A stretch of DNA of 63,216 nucleotides, filler included, from Choristocarpus tenellus KU-1152 (lineage: Eukaryota; Protista; Phaeophyceae): the NCBI GenBank assembly GCA_964200185.2. It is 15 parts of 15 records of this genome, joined end to end, with 100 filler letters (N's around TTAATTAATTAA, not from the genome) between each part and the next. Parts side by side here need not be neighbours in the genome. Positions count along the whole stretch, not along the records: positions 1 to 4,270 come from CAXNAD020015365.1; positions 4,371 to 7,293 come from CAXNAD020023624.1; positions 7,394 to 12,105 come from CAXNAD020013372.1; positions 12,206 to 14,859 come from CAXNAD020025932.1; 11 more parts are not named here. One strand, 5' to 3'. This document shows positions 1-13,492 of this stretch, one piece after another. Under the pieces are notes generated by a model. That model did not search any database, was not told the DNA's origin, and worked only from the letters and a program-made list of their open reading frames with translations. The stretch's first letter is position 1. Each line of letters starts with the position of its first letter. The position numbers and the translations under genes are program-made.

Positions 1-2299
1 CTGATGGAGACTGCCACGCTCTCAGCTCTTTTTTTTTTTTCTCTTTTGATAAAGCGAAAAGCAAGACATTGACTGAGCTAAACATCAAGCTGACACCATA
101 CGTGGTTATCATCTGTGGACCCCCCTTGTAGCGTCGTTTTGAGGCCGTTGGATTTGAGTTGTACATCCTGGAAGGTGAGCATTGAGGGGCGCCTGTAACA
201 TTAGATCACTACACCGCCCCAATCAGGTGCGCTGAACTTGGCGTTGAAACATAGGTGGCTTTATCGAGGAAGATACAATGGGGGGTGGAGGTTACAGGCC
301 GGTGGACACCAATGTGAGAAGATTTCCACAATGTGCGAATACAGTAAAATGAGATGCCCTTACCTGACAAGACTGAAAAATATCACTATTTTTGCCATTC
401 TTCGGACCCACATGTACTGGGGACTATAATTTTTTGAGGGCCAAGTTGAGGGTCAGGAATTAGAGGAATGGGAAATGAGATAATGACAATGAAAGATCAG
501 GGAGATGGAGGATCTGGGGGAAGAGGTCGTAGCAGTGATGTACGAAGTGGACCAGAAGTAATGAAAAATCCTTTCAGGTTGAAGGAGCAATCGGGAGGAT
601 ACATGCAGAGATTGAAAAGGAATAAACAGGAAACAGCAATTGTAGTTGTTGGGAGGTCATTTGGACAGTCCGAAATCTTCCCCACGAGGAGTAAAACCTC
701 AGGGAGCAGGCTCCACTATGTGACGGAGTTGCTTGCACCACAAGGAGAGGATGATGAGGGATCTGTATAGGAGTCATAGACATGAGGTCATGTGAGGGGT
801 CCCATACCTGGTCCAGGATCAATCAATTTCAACAATGGATCGCGTGAGACCAGAAAGTGTGGATATTCAAGTCAACAAAATTTAGACCCTTCGGTTGGTC
901 TGTGTATGATGATAAGTACAACTCTTTCGGACCCTAAATTGGTCCGGAGGTTTGAGACTCTACACTTTGTCTAGATGCGTTGGACCAGTCAGTTAATTAA
1001 GGTATGCAGGACCCTTTGATTGGCTCAAAGTATCAGCATCTACGGATGCGCTAGGTATTTTGTACTTTCAGCTCTACGATGGGTCCAGGTACCGTTGGTC
1101 CAGGTGTTAGGGACTGTACAGTTGGTACATTTATTTCGGACGCCATAGTTGGACCACCTCTTTCGCACCCTACCTTTGATCTACTCCCTTCAGACCCTGT
1201 GGTTCAATTCTTTCGGACCCTATGTTTGGTTCAGGTGCTTCAGACACCAGGGTTGGTACATCTTTGTCTGGACCTGGCAACGGATTAAAGAAACTTCTAC
1301 AGAAGAGCCAAATCGATTGAGAGGAAGGTAGGGTTGCATTAATTTCAAGGATCCCCAGAAAAGGAAAACGATGCCATTTAGTACAACTGCAGTAAGAGTC
1401 TTTGCTGCTAATTGTGGGGTCCCATTGTTCGTGGAAAGGGGGCATATTAATTTTGCGAATACAATTGTGCACATAGAGAAGAAATATGGCTATAAATGCA
1501 AATGGGTCCAAGCGCGATTATGCATGGCCAGTTACGTTTCTATTGTTTCTCTGCTTTTTTGTGTACGAAATATAGCGGATACTTTCTTTTATCACGCAAG
1601 GATCTCCTCAGCCAAAACAAAACGTCAGTTGCGTGTTCTTGCACACAGTTTATATACAGACGAGTGATTCTAGGGTTTGCCACACAGCATAAAAAAAATT
1701 ATTCTCTTGTCCAACCATCCTCAACTGTATCTTCATTTTATTTCGTCAGGGGACTTAAACCCCAACTCATGGTCAGAGGTACTACTTACCACACTACTTT
1801 TCATACTAATATAGTACTGTAAGTAATTACTGTGTCCTATCAAAAAAATTACTGGCTCTATTCGTGCCCTAATCCTTGCTAGTTGGGTTCAGCCATTCCA
1901 CCGACTGTCTATCCACCTCCTCCCTCAAGTAAGTGCTTGGCCAGCCTGAATGATATTGCCACGTTGATCTTATCGCATTTTTGTGATATAGCGACAGAGA
2001 GGATAGTACAGGTTGAACAATCCGCCATACTTGCTATGTAGAATTTGCATAGAAACCAAATTTATTTTAAAAGAGAGGTGTCGTGTGTATAGAGCTCCAA
2101 CCCGTGAAATCAATGTACTGAACCAGTCTCTCTGTGTAAGTAAAACCTCTATTAATAGGGTGTATGTTAACCGTTTTTTCTGTGAGTTGTGGTCGCGAGG
2201 AAGGACTTACGAGAAATCGGAAGGGGAAATACGATATTACAGTAGTATATGGCGTCTACTGGATTGATTACTACTATTGCTTTGCAGCACCCGTGCCAT

Positions 2300-2490
2300 G
2301 TGAGCTTAGAAGAAGGAATCTGTACCTTTGAACAAAGGCATCCGTACCTGTAGGTGCACCTAGTACGGCGAATCCATTAGTGTCCGGAGCAGGGTTGATG
2401 CCTGCTGTGCCCAGGAGACCTTGGAAAGGTAACGCGTAGATCTTCTCGACGTGGAGGAGAACCGCAACACTTAAATCCTGCGGATCCACC
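2300..2490 (-). mobile_element. Divergent fragment of CRE-like non-LTR reverse transcriptase
   Basis: Translation LGTAGINPAPDTNGFAVLGAPTGTDAFV matches LSTAGINLAPNPSGFVTLGTQVGTDDFI of the element at 27286-27642. Confidence 0.7.
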
Positions 2491-3879
2491 TTGACTGATT
2501 GGTTGGAATGCTACATTGGAAGCAGCATTGATCCCTTATTTTTGATGGCTATGTCTCACAAAAAAATGCGTTTCAAGTAATGTCAAACGAGATGTACACA
2601 ATTCTATAACGTGGATCCCCAGAAAGAGACAAAAATCACGTATTTTTGTACAATATGAATAAGTTATTCACTCAATTTTGGTTCATTTTTTTTGTCGTCC
2701 TCTCTTTTGGAGATGAACCTTCATTTTGGGGGGCGTCTATTCTACATATAAAACATAAGAATAGAGTGCATTGCAGAGAGCTCCAAAAAATAGAATATGA
2801 TGCCATACGACCAAAATCTGTATACATCTCCAGGTTAGTATGACTCCATGATGAGAACTACCAAATGTTGTTCGGAGGTTCTTCACTGCCTCGCAGTTGG
2901 TGAGACAGAATAGGAGGGGATCTAGCAGGTCAACTTGTTACGCTCTCGACCTGGACTACTGTAGAACTCTTAAGCCCTGTTAATCCAAAGGGATAATAAT
3001 CTCTAGCAAGTCGCCATATAACATTGCAACGTAAGGGAGGAGCCGTGAGAAGACCTCTGGTAGGTTCTTAACAAGGGTACAACAATGCATGCTGTTAAAT
3101 GAATAAACTGTATTCTACCCATCTAGATTCAAGACCTATTCCCCACACTAATGCTGTAAAATGATGTCCAATACGGCTTGGCTCCATGACATTGGAACAC
3201 CAACCCCAAATTGGTCCATGCTACCTTGATGTTGATGCTGCGGGTATGTACAACCAATCAGCACGAAACACTGAGCCATATGTTCGTTGATAGTGCTTCT
3301 GATACACTATAGACACCACTGGTGGATTATGTGCTAGGGTAGAGAGCCAGTGACAGATATATATATATATATATTATATGTACTGACTCACAGTATTGAT
3401 TGGTTTTATATCATGTTCAAGATAAACTTTCTATACTTAAGATAAGTAAATAAGTGATTCATAGTAAATTAGTGTGGACGACAAACCCCACACTGTAGAA
3501 TAATATGGTAGTCAAGGCTAAAGTCTCACCCAAATGTTTAGTCATCGGAGTAGAGACCAAGTCCCTTGTATTTCTAACATTGTTCATCTACATCAAGCTG
3601 TTCTTTGTCCTTCATTAAAGCACCATAAAAGCCGTGGGTCCAGTGTGGGATAATTCAACACGCTGCGTAGCGAACCGAATATTCCAGGGACGTTGTGCGA
3701 AGCGACAAGACAGGTAGTGAGCATTGTTATTGTGTACAAGACATCTGCCGGCAACCCCATCAGGGTCACCAACCTCCCTATATTAGCTGGGAAGTAGGGA
3801 GTGGATTTCTTCGGTTTTGCGGTTCATTCTTAGGTCATCTGAAATGTTTGTAGCTGCGACTTTGCGCTACTTGACCCTG

Positions 3880-4270
3880 ACATAGTCTGTGAAGGGTCGA
3901 TTTGGACGTGGAGTCAAGGAAGGCTGCACCCATGTTCAAAGGATAGTGCGCGATTGCTTCAGCTGCCACGGTAAAACATTAGGAGACGGTGTGCCAACTG
4001 CATTAGCGCTTAACCTCTCCAATCGTGGAGGTGGATGGCAAAAACTGAATGATAACGCCCTTGCTTCAGGAAGGATGGTGAGTAGTAAAGCTGCTGGCAG
4101 AAAAGGGGCGCGGGAAGGGGCGCATAGTTTGTTACTTGTGTGGCAGAGATGGCCACGTGAGAGGTGACTGCCCCGACCTGGACAGGGGACGACACGCAGG
4201 TGCCTCTGCAAGAATGGGGGAAGATGAAGACCGTGATGGAAGATGCCAAAGGTGCAGGGGGATAGGACAT
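3880..4270 (+). mobile_element. Retroelement gag fragment with CCHC zinc knuckles
   Basis: CYLCGRDGHVRGDC (CX2CX4HX4C) followed by CQRCRGIGH, truncated at the gap. Confidence 0.65.
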
Positions 4271-4370
4271 NNNNNNNNNNNNNNNNNNNNNNNNNNNNNN
4301 NNNNNNNNNNNNNNTTAATTAATTAANNNNNNNNNNNNNNNNNNNNNNNNNNNNNNNNNNNNNNNNNNNN
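4271..4370. other. Artificial contig-joining spacer (N-TTAATTAATTAA-N, 100 nt); first of 14 (others start at 7294, 12106, 14860, 21992, 25102, 28397, 31268, 36344, 39530, 44004, 46951, 50488, 60016)
   Basis: The same 100-nt pattern occurs each time; TTAATTAATTAA places stops in all six frames. Confidence 0.97.
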
Positions 4371-5814
4371 AACTAAAAGCCGAATACAAAAAAAGGAGAA
4401 GAAAAAAAACATAGAAGATGGGCAAGACACAAAATTGACTGGGATAAAGTGTCGATATGTTTTTTTTTGTACTGTTGAGTCAATTTTGGGTCAAGCCCAT
4501 CCTCAATGAAAAGCTCCATCCCCAATTTTTCAAATCGGCTGTTGACGGAAAAGACAAACACCACCTCAAATACTACTGGTATATTATCCCGACCCCAACA
4601 GTAAATCCAGACATACAAGAAACAGAAATAATTGTGTCGTGGCTTACAATTCAGGATGAACAGTCCCTCTTTTCGTATATTTTTGGATACATACTACACC
4701 TTCATCAAGGGTTAGAACAAGACCACAACTATTATTAGTCCACCAGTCTCCCCTGTTGCAACGATGTACACAGGATGAAGCAATCGGCTTGGTCTCAGCT
4801 TCATAGTTTTCTTCTACGTATTGAAGGGTTAGAAAAGAGATTACACATACTAGTAAGTATTCGGCGTTTTATTAATGCAATTATCCTTCCTATTATTGTG
4901 TGGAATATTACAAATACACCATAAATTCTAACCCTGGACTCACACACACAGGACATGGCAGCAGTTACAATCACTCTTCATGCCTACGTGTCTTAAGCCA
5001 AGGCCACCAATACTGTGTTCTTCCAGAGATCGCAGATAATATTCCTGGTGACTTATTCTTATTCCTGCGTACAATGTAGGCCTACGCCCCTAACCCTGAC
5101 AATCAACGCATACAACACACACTATACTGAAGAAAGTGCCTTTGTAAATTGTGTGACTATGTAGCTGGTATCGTTTATTTGGAGAGGAGCGATGAAGAAA
5201 ATCACGTGGCAAGATGGACCGTTGGACCAAGACGGACGGTAACCGAGAGGATAACTTCACATTGGACAAGGATAGGTGTTAAGTGAGTGGACGATTCTGG
5301 CAGGGAGGGGCTTCTCAAAGGGACCCCTGGTGATTGGTAGACTTGAAGAGTCTATCTTCAGAGCCAGGCTCTTGAGTACATCCTATGGGAACTTGTCGCC
5401 CTCAAGATCCCCCTCTACTGAAGAACCATGATCATTGGAAAGAACCTCAAGGAGTATGGCAGTATGTTTTCTTGGCAATTAATTGTAGGTGTGATAAGGG
5501 GCAATCCTGTTTTTTCACGTGATGTTACTTACAAATGTGTATGGCATGATGTCCAACAGTTACTTTACAGTCATCCTTGTGACACAAGTTTGGTTTTTCC
5601 TCACGCATCTGTGAAGAGTAAGAGGGGATGTAAGTAAGTATGATGCCCAACAGTTCTATTTTCAATCAACTTCCATAGATATGTACCATAAATAAATGTT
5701 TACAATTATTACGATTATTTTTACAATTACTACTATTATATGTGTAAAAACCGATCCACTATTAGTTATATTTTCATCGCATTTATCATTATTATCACTA
5801 TCATTACTATATAT

Positions 5815-7277
5815 GTTATTATGCCCTTTGACATTGTCCAGATGTTTCAGAGAAAAAAACGTTGAAAAGTCAATTCAATATTAGAACAACACCCGAAAAA
5901 GTAACAGCTGCCATAAATGCAGTTTTTTTTCTATCACTAATTATCATCGTTATCTTCATTATTTTTTCTACCTACATTTTTATTTTTATTTTTGTTGTTA
6001 TTGATATCATTAGCACTATCATTGTTATTACTACTATTACTACTCACTTACAATTATTATGCCCTCTGATATTTTGTAGATGTGACAGGGAAAAAACCAA
6101 TGGAAAGTCAATTCAATATCAGAACCCCTGAAAAAGTAACAGTTGTCGTAAATGTGAAAGATGTTTTTCTATCATTTATTTGCTATTTTTCAACGAGCTA
6201 TCTATGCTACACCACTCTCCCCTCCTATGCCTCCAACCTAGCTTAGCCCTACACCTCAGGGTGAGGAGCTAGGGAAGCATCCCAAGAATCTGACAGGCCC
6301 TTCCTTGCCCATCTCCCTGGTGTCCCCAACTTAAGAACTCATGACACGTCTTGATAGAGCCACTTGTTGTGTTGTGACGGACACTATCTGTCGTAAACGG
6401 GATTTGGCAGCTCCTTTCCTGCTGTAGCCTCCCTCTCCCCTCTACTGTGTGCATGGCCAACCTGTCCAGAAAACGTTCTGCTTGCTTACCGAGGCGCCCA
6501 AAACATTCCATCGCGAAGTTGTTGAGGTTATAACTACGAGGACCAAAAAAGAACCCTCGTAGTGAGTGCACTTTCGCGCCCCAGCTGCAGCAGCAGCTAC
6601 ACCATTGCTGGTAGATGAGTGTGATAGGTAGGAGGCTGCTTGCACTTCTGCAAATGTGACATCCAGGAGGCGGCCTTTATCCTGGTAGGGGACTGATCCG
6701 GCATTCGCTAGTGCCCCAGCATGGAAGGCCAGATTAATCAGGAAATTCTAGTCCACTGTGAATGGGCTACCATCCTCTATAGTGCAAGGGATGCCCACTC
6801 CTTTGCAGAGTTGACCTAGACGCTTCACCATTGGTGTGTGTTGGCGAACCTGTCCTCCTGCCCTAGGGAAGGTACGAGCATGTCTAGTGTTCACATTTTG
6901 CCTCCTGGACCTGGCCACTGGGCACCTGTCAGATAGGGCCTCCTCCCTCCCTAGGGATCTGCTGGCGGCGAGACTAAAGTCTATGGAAGAGATCTGGCAT
7001 CCTGGTTCCAGGGGTTATGTGGAGGCCCATGCATTTGCCCCTTGTCCACACTGGCGCCGGTGGCAGGCCAAGGCTAGCGAGGAACTTTCCTTCCCTTGTT
7101 CTGCATCACCAGGTAAGTCAGCCAATTGCGTCCAGAAAGAGTCCAGCCGGATCCTGTTTAGAAGGTGGGTGATCTCGTGTTGTGCCCTCCTTGTGATCCT
7201 GGCATCATGGGCTGGCAGAGTGTGAACCTCTGGGGCAGGTGCAGGGGTTGTTGTTCCCCCCCAGGCTACCCAGGGCT
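5815..7277 (-). mobile_element. 3' part of CRE-like RLE non-LTR retrotransposon (degenerate), with duplicated 3' end and TAA-rich tails
   Basis: High similarity to 28000-28396 (WVAWGGTTTPAPAPEVH...RRAQHEITHLLNRIRLDSF). Zinc-finger CPVA..C..H, RLE-type LLDVTFAEVQAAS..K..HYEG and NNFAMECFGRLG motifs. 3' end ...CAGAGGGCATAATAA present twice. Confidence 0.85.
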
Positions 7278-7393
7278 CCAAGTATCTGGGGGGNNNNNNN
7301 NNNNNNNNNNNNNNNNNNNNNNNNNNNNNNNNNNNNNTTAATTAATTAANNNNNNNNNNNNNNNNNNNNNNNNNNNNNNNNNNNNNNNNNNNN

Positions 7394-7492
7394 CATTTGT
7401 AATAGGAAGATGCCATACAAGTACTCCATAGGAAGCCAAGCCCCAAATGGACAAACAGGGCAAAAGTCGTACCCTCTAAGATACTTTCAATC
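7394..7492. mobile_element. MITE family A, partial (one TIR)
   Basis: Ends TACCCTCTAAGATACTTTCAATC and matches the full copies. Confidence 0.85.
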
Positions 7493-7499
7493 CTATATA

Positions 7500-8518
7500 T
7501 CCTGTGGAGATAAGCTCCTGGAGCGTGCTGTAACAATTTTTGCAAGCACGAGAAGGTGAAGAAAGTCAAGTTGTGGATTAAGTCAGTACTCTCAGACCAG
7601 AAGAAAGTCAATAGGTTGGGTTCTGTCATCAGCCACACGCACAGGAGGGGAGAACGATCTATATGACTTGAGTTAATGTGAACGAGAAGTGGTGATACAT
7701 CTTCAAAGATTGGCAAGGTGTGCACCTGCACCCCACTGAGGACCGGCCCAAACCCCCACGGGCACAGAATATGCACTACAACACGAAGGCGGTGTTCCTT
7801 GCAGTTGTACATCGCCCTAGGAAGCTCTCCAACGGGGTGTGGTTCGATGGAAAAATTGGGATCTGGTCAGTCGTGGACACTATGGTTGTTCAGCACCCCA
7901 GCAAACACTGCTCCAAGGGTACCAGCATGCATGTGTCAGCCATGGTGGACGGGGAGAGGTATAAGAAGGTCCTGATCGAGGATGTCATCCCGGCAATCAA
8001 GGCCCGTAAGCCTAGACTGGAAGGACACAGCATCTTCGTGCAGCAGGACAGGGCAAAGCCACACACCAAGGGGGGATCATGGAGGCAATTGAGGAGGTGG
8101 CAGGGATGACATTGCCATAGAGATCCAGCCAGTCAACTTCCTCACCTCAACATCAACGACCTGGAATTCTTTCATTACATCCAGTTACTGAAGCAAGACG
8201 TGGGGGTGACCAACACAGAGGAGCTGATGGAGGCCACTATGGAGGCATTCGATGTGTACCCCTGAGAAACACTAGAGTGCATCTGGCAGAGCCTCTTCGC
8301 AGTCTACTTTGAAGTGTTGAGGTCCAAGGGCGACAACGTCTTCAAAATTCTCCATCTTAGCAAGGAAAAGACTGAGAAGGCGGACAAGCTCCCCCCAAAT
8401 GCCCTTTTAGATGTAGCGAAATACCATGGAATGGAGGGTTGGGGCACTTAGGAGTCGGAATCGTAGACATGTGTAGGCGGCCCCATTTTGGTTGAGATTT
8501 TGGTGGGCAACCTCTTTG
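7500..8518 (+). mobile_element. Tc1/mariner (plant-type DD39D-like) transposase pseudogene with 3' end
   Basis: Motifs VNEKW, KAVFLAVVHRPR..WFDGKIGIW, YKKVLIEDVIPAIK, FVQQDRAKPH, LNINDLEFFH, with stops and frameshifts. The terminus ATTTTGGTGGGCAACCTCTTTG-TA is shared with the 62.9-kb copy. Confidence 0.9.
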
Positions 8519-9699
8519 TATCTGTTTTCCATTGTAGTAACCTCTAGAAGTACTTTGCGGTCAGTGAGATATCCAGATGCGCTACCATGGACAACTAGGT
8601 TTTTCGATTCTTCAGGGCGATCGTATGGCGGACCTTTTTGTAGCTGGTCAATGGCATTGATGTCCTTGTGGTCAACCCTTTCTCTTCTGCACCTAGTCTA
8701 CTTTGGGATTCAAAACACCAACATCCGTTTGGGCACCATAGTTCTTCCTCTATACCCTTGATATGTTGGTGTTGGTGTCAAACACCTCAACACCTCGCTT
8801 TAAGTCCTCCTCAACCGAGAACCCCCTATTGCTACTTGGTACTTGCACCGACCAATCGAGCTGTGCTCTTCACATCAATGAAATCTGATCAGAAAAATTA
8901 GACGTAGAATATGGGCGAGGGGGGAAAATGCAAAACAATATAAAGGGAATACAATTGTAGTCCAGAAAGTGATACACATTGCGTCCATGGTGAAGTTTTG
9001 CCCTCCCACCATGAACCAGTTACACATATATTGTGACCAAAGAAGACACTTTTTTACTAGGATGGAGAAACTGCCTTCTTCTACTACCCACGAGACAAGC
9101 GAATTTCTACACCTCACCCAAACTCATAAACACCCTCACACTCTCCATTACGTGGAACACACAAATATACCGTACAACATGAAAAAAGGAGCTAGATCCC
9201 ACAAACTGCTCCAATTTCTCATCCTCCTTGAGAGGTCCTGACCTTATTAATAACTTGACTCTTTCTGACTCTCCTTATCCAGCATTTAATTTGAAAGAAG
9301 GATGTGTCTCGAGAGATTCAACTGTTATCTCTCCACCAGTATGTGACCGAGGTTGAATTCGGAAGGTGATGCTGGTTTCCCTCCACAACTATGGAAAGGA
9401 AGATAGGTTACTGACAACAGAACAGATAGGCGTGGGAGTGAGAGCGATCTATTGCCGTTGTGGCTCTTTTGGGGGGCCATTTCTTCATTGGGGTGTTGTG
9501 GTTTTGTAGGGTTTTTGTTATTTGGTCAATGAAATTGCTGGATAACCCCTTATCCTTGTTTCCCTTACATTAGATACTTTCAAAAACAAAAAGCATGAGA
9601 TACGTTGTAGTATTGTTGGTAATTCAGGCACCCTGAACATATGTACACTGTTATATTTGGCAAAGCCCAAACCAAACTACAAAACAAAGATGGAGAGCA

Positions 9700-10620
9700 C
9701 CAAGCAGGTGGGTCCTGAGGTGCTACTCGTGTGTCTGGGTGTGTTCTACACACATTGCACTTAGCAATCCATGCACGGTTGGAGACTCGCTCGATAATGG
9801 GCAAGTTGGGAATAGGAAGTTGGGAAGAGTGGCTGTCCGATCACCTTGTGACACTGGAGCTCCTCCTTAAGAGCCATGGCAACCTCTGTTTGCTCAATCT
9901 CAACTGCGGGTAAAACTAGGTTTGGGTCAAAAGGCGCTAGCTCCTTCTGGAGATTGCTCAAAGTATCTGGGGGGGGGGTTGCTGGCTGTCCAATTGGGGT
10001 CAATTTTATCATGTCACGATTTCGGATGATTTGGTTGCATACGTCCGATGGATAATGTAAATGCACTTTTCCTGATTTTGACCCAAATAGACACCCTGGC
10101 GTAGACCCCCCCCCCCCCAGATACTTTGGATCATTGTCAACCTTGATCTTCTCCCTTTTGAGTTCTCTTCCTTGTCCTTTTCCTCCCTCAACTTTTGGAC
10201 CTCCGCCTTCAAACGTCGCGATCTCCTCTTCAGTCACTGCTGGCTTCTCAGAGCATTGACCACACTTTTTGCGGCTTGAACATGAGCGTCAGCCTCGCCG
10301 TTCTCAGCACCTCTGCCTCTTTCGTGTCTCATCTTCCTCACAAAGCACTGCAGTCTCAGTAGCCTCTGGCGTGTTTTCTTCCTTCCTTGTCACAGTGGCC
10401 TCCATCATGGGGAAGGCTTGCTCGACTTTGCCTTCCACCTCTGCTTTACCTTCCCTCAATTCGATCTCCATCTCGACCCATCGTTTCGTGACCATGGTCT
10501 CAGTGTCGGCAGTCGCCTGCCTTGCTTCAAGCACAGCAGACGCAATAGTGGCAGAGCCCTCCTCCATCATCCGTGTAGCATCTTGAAACAAGCGCTATAC
10601 CTGTGGTGGCGATACCATGC
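9700..10620 (-). pseudogene. Degenerate charged/coiled-coil-like ORF with Cys/His-rich end, interrupted by MITE B
   Basis: ORFs 10304-10591 and 9761-10237. Removing the MITE and one CAAT copy restores in-frame KVDN|LQKELAPF. Several stops remain; product unknown. Confidence 0.4.
9957..10132. mobile_element. MITE family B, near-complete (~175 bp)
   Basis: TIRs CAAAGTATCTGGGGGG...CCCCCCAGATACTTTG, flanked by an ATTG/ATTG direct repeat. Confidence 0.9.
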
Positions 10621-10779
10621 TTGTCCTTGTAGGCTTCGTTATTCTTTTTAGCCCTCTAGTATCTCTTTCATACACCACCTCCTGGTTGCTACACATCTTC
10701 CTGGAGTTCCCCATTTTCAAAAACACTAATCTCAGCAACCACACGGACAATTAAGGTGCGGCTTATTGCAAAAGAAGCC

Positions 10780-11620
10780 TTTGTCCCTCTACATTATCGA
10801 TAGAGATTTTTTCGGTCAAATTTTGTATTCCATGATACTCAAGCGGAACACATCGAAGATGGTGAATAAAATCCCCACAATAAAATTCTAGGAAAACCGA
10901 TTGCAGAGAGAGTTCAGACATGAAGCGTAGGAAGATCTACAGTTTGTTTTGTACTCCAAATGGTAACCTCTGAAACTCATATTTCCCGTCTGGTGTGATG
11001 AATGCATTTTTTTGTCGTTTGCATACCAGTAGTTGTCAATAGGTTGATTAGATATGTAGACACCATAAATATTTTGAATCCTCCAAGGTGGATAATTTTT
11101 TCTTCCATGGATGGCAAAGGCCATGAATTACATATCAAATGTTTACCAATGAACCCTCTGAAAACTCACACAGAAACGGAGATCTCTATCATGTTTCGCG
11201 ACAATGAAAGCAGGGGATGCACCTGGGCTAGCTGAGGGTTCTATAATACGCTGTTTTTCCATAGAAGTTACACTTTGACGAATATTGTCGCCAATTCTTG
11301 GTGCCGCGAGATATGGTGGTGTACTAACCGGTTTAGTGCGTGGGAACAAACTGGGAAAAGAGTTTCCGTGCCTGAGGAAAGGTGTATCCTTTTTCTGTAT
11401 GTACAAGTGTAGTGAATTCAGATGTGATCACTGAAATTGAAGTATGATATGATGGATTTTCAGTCTGGCAAACATGTCTTGGGGGGGAACAGTTGGGAAG
11501 TGGTACATTTTGTGGGTTGCTGGAGTGAATATATCAATGTCCTTAAAGGATAGCTACTCTTTATCCCTACCCAGCACTGTCCCAAAAGCTGACATGATTT
11601 TGTAATCTAGTAAAGTTTAT
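10780..11620 (-). mobile_element. Ty3/Gypsy reverse transcriptase fragment (degenerate)
   Basis: IIEPSASPGASPAFIVAKHDRDLRFCV and PDGKYEFQRLPFGVQN match Gypsy RT motifs. Confidence 0.85.
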
Positions 11621-11883
11621 CTCCTCCCAAGTTAGGTATGACAACTGCTTGGAGAGGTATTGATTTGTCACCAAGTTCCAGTGGAAATTGAATAAAAACA
11701 TGGAGCAGATAGAGGTCTACCACCCGCTCCTTCTAAATTCAGAGCTCCTGCTGGAATCTTCTGAGTGGGTGCCTCGCAAAGAATGGGTTGGACCTGAATG
11801 CATTTAACCAAAATTACTGGATGCCAGTGGCTGTATCAACAGTATTATTCGATAGAGGTTCATTGTCAACATACCCAGGAATT

Positions 11884-12105
11884 GAGTTGAAGTATCTTAG
11901 GGGGTACGAATTTTGCCATGTTTGTCCATTTAGGACTTGGCTTCCCATGGGTTTCTTAATGACATTTTTCCATTCCAATATGTTTCGGAGTAGGTCAAAT
12001 ATATACGTTATGAAAAGGTATGTCTGGAACGAGGATACTGACACTTCCTAACAAACATGGTAGCCAAAATTAAATCAAAATCGCAACATTGGATTTTGGC
12101 CCCCA
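11884..12105. mobile_element. MITE family A, truncated by gap
   Basis: Starts GAGTTGAAGTATCTTAGGGGGTAC; collinear with 25964-26217. Confidence 0.9.
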
Positions 12106-13492
12106 NNNNNNNNNNNNNNNNNNNNNNNNNNNNNNNNNNNNNNNNNNNNTTAATTAATTAANNNNNNNNNNNNNNNNNNNNNNNNNNNNNNNNNNNNNNN
12201 NNNNNGGAGGGGGAGGGGAGGTGGAGGGGGGGGGGGGGGGGGGGGGGGGGGTGGAGGGGGGGAGGAAAAGAGGGTTTGAAAATTTCCTGGATTGATCACT
12301 GTCATTTTCGAAGCTCAAAAGGAGTTTTAAAAATGTAATTTTTACACAAGTGGGTGAGGCGTGTGAGCAAGAAGGTCAAAAAAGGTGAACAGTAGCTTGA
12401 AGCGTTCTCTCTGTACTATGCCTTGGGTGTACGCCCATTGTGACATAAGGCACATGAGTTAGTTCATATTCATACATACATACTCACACACACAACAAAT
12501 GCCTATTTTAACACTTACGTATCCATTTTTTTTTTTAATTGCAAACTAAATAAAATAAAATGACTTTACTGTATTAAATTTTTTATAATTATTAACAAAA
12601 GTAGTACCTTCTGCACATACCATACCATTTACCACTACTTTCTATATCTGTCTGTATCTGTATCTATATATGTTAAAAAAAAAAAACAAGAGCACACTAT
12701 AAAAAAAATGTATTTTGATAATGAAGGAGTTCCCCCCTACTGTAGCATTAATTTGAATACGTACTACAACACGAAAATTGATATCTTAAAAATTATGTAT
12801 TATATTTTTTCCTATGTAACCAATCAAATCAAAGTACTACGCACACACAATGGCATGAGACACGACATCTGTCAAAAGACATCAGTCATCAACTCCCCAA
12901 TCACTCTAACATTGAAAAAAACTAAAAAAATAACATTACTTGAAATTTCCCACACTTAAAAAAAATTAAACCAATAAAAACAAAAATAGCGATGGCTAAA
13001 AATTAACAATTTCTAACAAAAAATGCATACGCTATTTATCACACCAACCTCTACACTCTACTCACTACCCACTCAAAATAAAAATAAAAATAGGTAAAAA
13101 AAAGATATATGCAGATACCCCAAACCAAGTCAGCCGCAGTGGGGGAGAGGGGAGACATGGGTTAATAAACATAAGAAACTCAAGGTGAACACAAACAACA
13201 CTGATCCAATGAATCAATAAATCTAATCAATAAATCTCATAAACAAAAGAGAGAATGGCACGGAAGCGTTATTATTTCACTCTTGTCATACAGGAGGGAG
13301 TGCCTTTTTCACTATCTCTTACAGACTCTTGCACTATCCAATTTTTTAAAAAAAAAAAAATGTGAACAGTTATAAATAAATAATTAAATAAATAAATACA
13401 TACACATATATATTAAACGTCCTTCAAATTAAAAATAACCACTTACAAATAAAATGTCAACAGTGTGTGTAATGATTGATTCAATACACCAC

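Noticed and set aside
4271-4370. Palindromic TTAATTAATTAA recurring 14 times
   Set aside because: Always embedded in N runs with fixed length; it is an assembly linker.
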